From positions 1 through 64,000 of the forward strand of contig NIVC01002868.1 of NCBI GenBank assembly GCA_002269645.1: a DNA stretch of 64,000 nucleotides, in the 5' to 3' direction. The number at the start of each line of letters is the position of its first letter. Position 1 is the stretch's first letter. The position numbers and the translations under genes are program-made. The notes beneath the pieces are model-generated. The model made no database searches. It had not been told where the DNA came from and saw only the letters and a program-made list of their open reading frames with translations. Origin of the DNA: Macrostomum lignano (taxonomy: Eukaryota). Positions 60,895 through 64,000 of the stretch are shown here, in pieces.

Positions 60895-62900
60895 AAAAAG
60901 AAGCGTCATGTAAAAATCATAGAAGCGTCATGTAAACAATCATAGAAGCGTCATTTACAAAATCATAGAAGCATCATTTAAAAATCATAGAAGCGTCATG
61001 TAAAAAACCATAGAAGCGTCATGTAAACAATCGTAGAAGCGTCATGTAAACAATCATAGAAGCGTCATGTAAAAAATCATAGAAGCGTCATATAAAAATC
61101 ATAGAAGCGTCATTTAAAAAATCATAGAAGCGTCATGTAAACAATCATAGAAGCGTCATGTAAAAAATCGTAGAAGCGTCATGTAAAAAATCTTAGAAGC
61201 GTCATGTAAACAATCAAAGAAGCCTCATGTAAACAATCATAGAAGCGTCATGTAAACAATCATAGAAGCGTCATGTAAACAATCATAGAAGCGTCATTTA
61301 AACAATCATAGAAGCGTCATTAAAAAATAATAGAAGCGTCATTTAAAAAATCATAGAAGAGTCATGTAAAAAATCATAGAAGCGTCATGTAAACAATCAT
61401 AGAAGCGTCATTTAAAAAATCAAAGAAGCATCATTTAAAAAATCATAGAAGCGTCATGTAAAAAATGATAGAAGCGTCATGTAAACAATCATAGAAGCGT
61501 CATTTAAAAAATCATAGAAGCGTCATATAAAAATCATAGATGCGTCATTTAAAAAATCGTAGAAGCGTCATGTAAACAATCATAGAAGCGTCATGTAAAA
61601 AATCATAGAAGCGTCATATAAAAATCATAGAAGCGTCATTTAAAAAATCATAGAAGCGTCATGTAAACAATCATAGAAGCGTCATGTAAAAAATCGTAGA
61701 AGCGTCATGTAAAAAATCTTAGAAGCGTCATGTAAACAATCATAGAAGCGTCATGTAAACAATCATAGAAGCGTCATGTAAACAATCATAGAAGCGTCAT
61801 GTAAACAATCATAGAAGCGTCATGTAAACAATCATAGAAGCGTCATGTAAACAATCATAGAAGCGTCATGTAAACAATCATAGAAGAGTCATGTAAACAA
61901 TCACAGAAGCGTCATGTAAAAAATCATAGAAGCGTCATTAAAAAATCATAGAAGCGCCATTTAAAAAATCATAGAAGCGTCATATAAAAATCGTAGAAGC
62001 GTCATGTAAACAATCATAGAAGCGTCATGTAAAAATCATAGAAGCGTCATGTAAACAATCATAGAAGCGCCATGTAAAAAATCATAGAAGCGTCATGTAA
62101 ACAATCATAGAAGCGTCATTTAAAAATCATAGAAGCGTCATATAAAAATCATAGATGCGTCATTTAAAAAATCGTAGAAGCGTCATGTAAACAATCATAG
62201 AAGCGTCATGTAAAAAATCATAGAAGCGTCATATAAAAATCATAGAAGCGTCATGTAAACAATCATAGAAGCGTCATGTAAACAATCATAGAAGCGTCAT
62301 GTAAAAAATCGTAGAAGCGTCATGTAAAAAATCTTAGAAGCGTCATGTAAACAATCATAGAAGCGTCATGTAAACAATCATAGAAGCGTCATGTAAACAA
62401 TCATAGAAGCGTCATGTAAACAATCATAGAAGCGTCATGTAAACAATCATAGAAGCGTCATGTAAACAATCATAGAAGAGTCATGTAAACAATCACAGAA
62501 GCGTCATGTAAAAAATCATAGAAGCGTCATTAAAAAATCATAGAAGCGCCATTTAAAAAATCATAGAAGCGTCATATAAAAATCGTAGAAGCGTCATGTA
62601 AACAATCATAGAAGCGTCATGTAAAAATCATAGAAGCGTCATGTAAACAATCATAGAAGCGCCATGTAAAAAATCATAGAAGCGTCATGTAAACAATCAT
62701 AGAAGCGTCATGTAAAAATCATAAAAGCGTCATGTAAAAAATCATAAAAGCGTCATGTAAAAAATCATAGAAGCGTCATATGAAAATCATAGTAGCGTCA
62801 TGTAAAAATCATAGAGGCGTCATGTAAAAATCATTGAAGCGTCCTGCAGAAATCGTAGAAGCGTCATGAAATAATCATAGGAGCCTCATTTAAAACTAAT
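60895..62900. repeat. 23-bp minisatellite (CATAGAAGCGTCATGTAAACAAT)n, ~2 kb
   Basis: About 85 copies; rare variants recur at ~600 bp. Confidence 0.97.
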
Positions 62901-63039
62901 GAAAGTGTCATTTAAAAAATTAAGAAGCATCATGGTAGAATAAATGAAGCGTCATGTCAGACATGAAGGGTGTCATGTAAAAATTAAATGCAGCTATAAT
63001 GCTGTGCTGGGGAGAAAAACTGAGACGTAAAGGCTCACA

Positions 63040-64000
63040 GAGAATAACTGAGATTACGGGGGGGGTTTCTGAGATGTCAAAGCAAAAGTCAGAAGCTACT
63101 TCAAAGTTCATGTACTTTACTCAATTTTTTTATTGCATTATTTGTTGGCTCGACACGGGGGGCGCTGATAGAAGAAGAGTCATGTAAAAAATAAAAGTAG
63201 CACTATGTATACATAAAATAAAAGTCATGTCAAAGTTAAAAGATTTATTTGGGAATCGCAACGATGTCAAAGCTTGGTGGAAATCGTTATAGTGCTGTGA
63301 TTCTTAAAGAAGGAATCACTAAAATGTCAAGGCTTAGGGGAGAAGAATTGCTGAGATTTCAAGGCTTTAGGTTGGGTTAAAGTTAGGTTTAGGTCAGGTG
63401 TGGGTCGAGGGTTAGATTTTAGCGGGTTTCAAGGTTAACAGGGGATTTTTTAGATTTCAAGGTTTATGGGGGCCATCGCTGAGATGTCAAGGCTCACGGG
63501 GGTATAAATAAGATATCAAGGCTAAAGTCAGAAGCTACATGTAGTTTATTGAAAACTTTTTATTACATTATTTGATGCCTCCTCAGGGGAGGGATCGCTG
63601 ATAAAAAAAGCGTAATGTAAAAAATAAAAGAAGCTTCATGTCGAAGTTAAGATATTCATTTGGGAATCCCTACGAAGTCGAGGCTTACAGGGATTCGCTA
63701 TAATGCTGTAGTAGTGCTATAATGACTCTTAGAGAGAATTACTGAAATTTCAATGCTTTAGGGTTGGGTTAGGGTTAGTGTTAGGGTTAGGGTTAGGCTA
63801 GCGTTAGGGTTAGAAGGTTGACAGATATTTTTAGATTTCCAAGGCTTATTGGGGGCATTGCTGAGATGTCAAGGGGGGAAGTTGATATGTTAAAGCTTGT
63901 GGGGGGGGATTACTGACATGTCAAGGCTTACAAGGTTTGACAGGAGGTTTTTTAAGATTTCAAGGATACATGTAGCTTATTAAAAAAACGTGTATTGCAT
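63040..64000. repeat. Degenerate ~440-bp tandem repeat containing TTAGGG-like tracts
   Basis: AAAGTCAGAAGCTAC...TTTTTATT.CATTATTTG...TGTAAAAAATAAAAG...TTTGGGAATC... recurs at ~63085 and ~63523; about 9 TTAGGG-like units at 63758-63813. Confidence 0.7.

Noticed and set aside
63758-63813. True telomere
   Set aside because: The tract is short, degenerate and followed by non-telomeric sequence.

Overview
Eukaryotic (animal) genomic DNA, most likely from a Macrostomum-like free-living flatworm. The taxon is inferred from GT-AG introns filled with minisatellites, compact same-strand gene clusters and a gene that appears to need a spliced-leader AUG. Nine protein-coding genes were reconstructed by hand, in two divergent blocks. 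Minus strand: an ALK4/5/7-like TGF-beta type I receptor (5 exons, 823 aa, unusually long ectodomain), TTC1, a STARD10/PCTP-like gene and the 5' part of an EGFR-family receptor that the ORF track misses. Plus strand: DNAAF1, MRPL54, NUDT14, TTC21B/IFT139 (12 exons, 1315 aa) and the first exon of a secreted or membrane WSC-domain protein. The blocks diverge from within a ~9.5 kb AT-rich, CpG-poor domain. About 25 tandem arrays occupy introns and spacers, and there are Helitron-like elements, MITEs and a tRNA-headed SINE family. The best leads are: (1) MRPL54 has no in-frame ATG but has an in-frame splice acceptor, so it probably initiates at the AUG ending the flatworm spliced leader, within a candidate DNAAF1-MRPL54-NUDT14-TTC21B operon; (2) a type I receptor with a ~290 aa ectodomain; (3) a domain of apparent C-to-T decay, dated by a degraded SINE copy; (4) a Helitron insertion whose empty site can be rebuilt from a second MITE copy in the window. 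All coordinates and protein assignments come from manual reading and recalled family motifs; no database searches were run.
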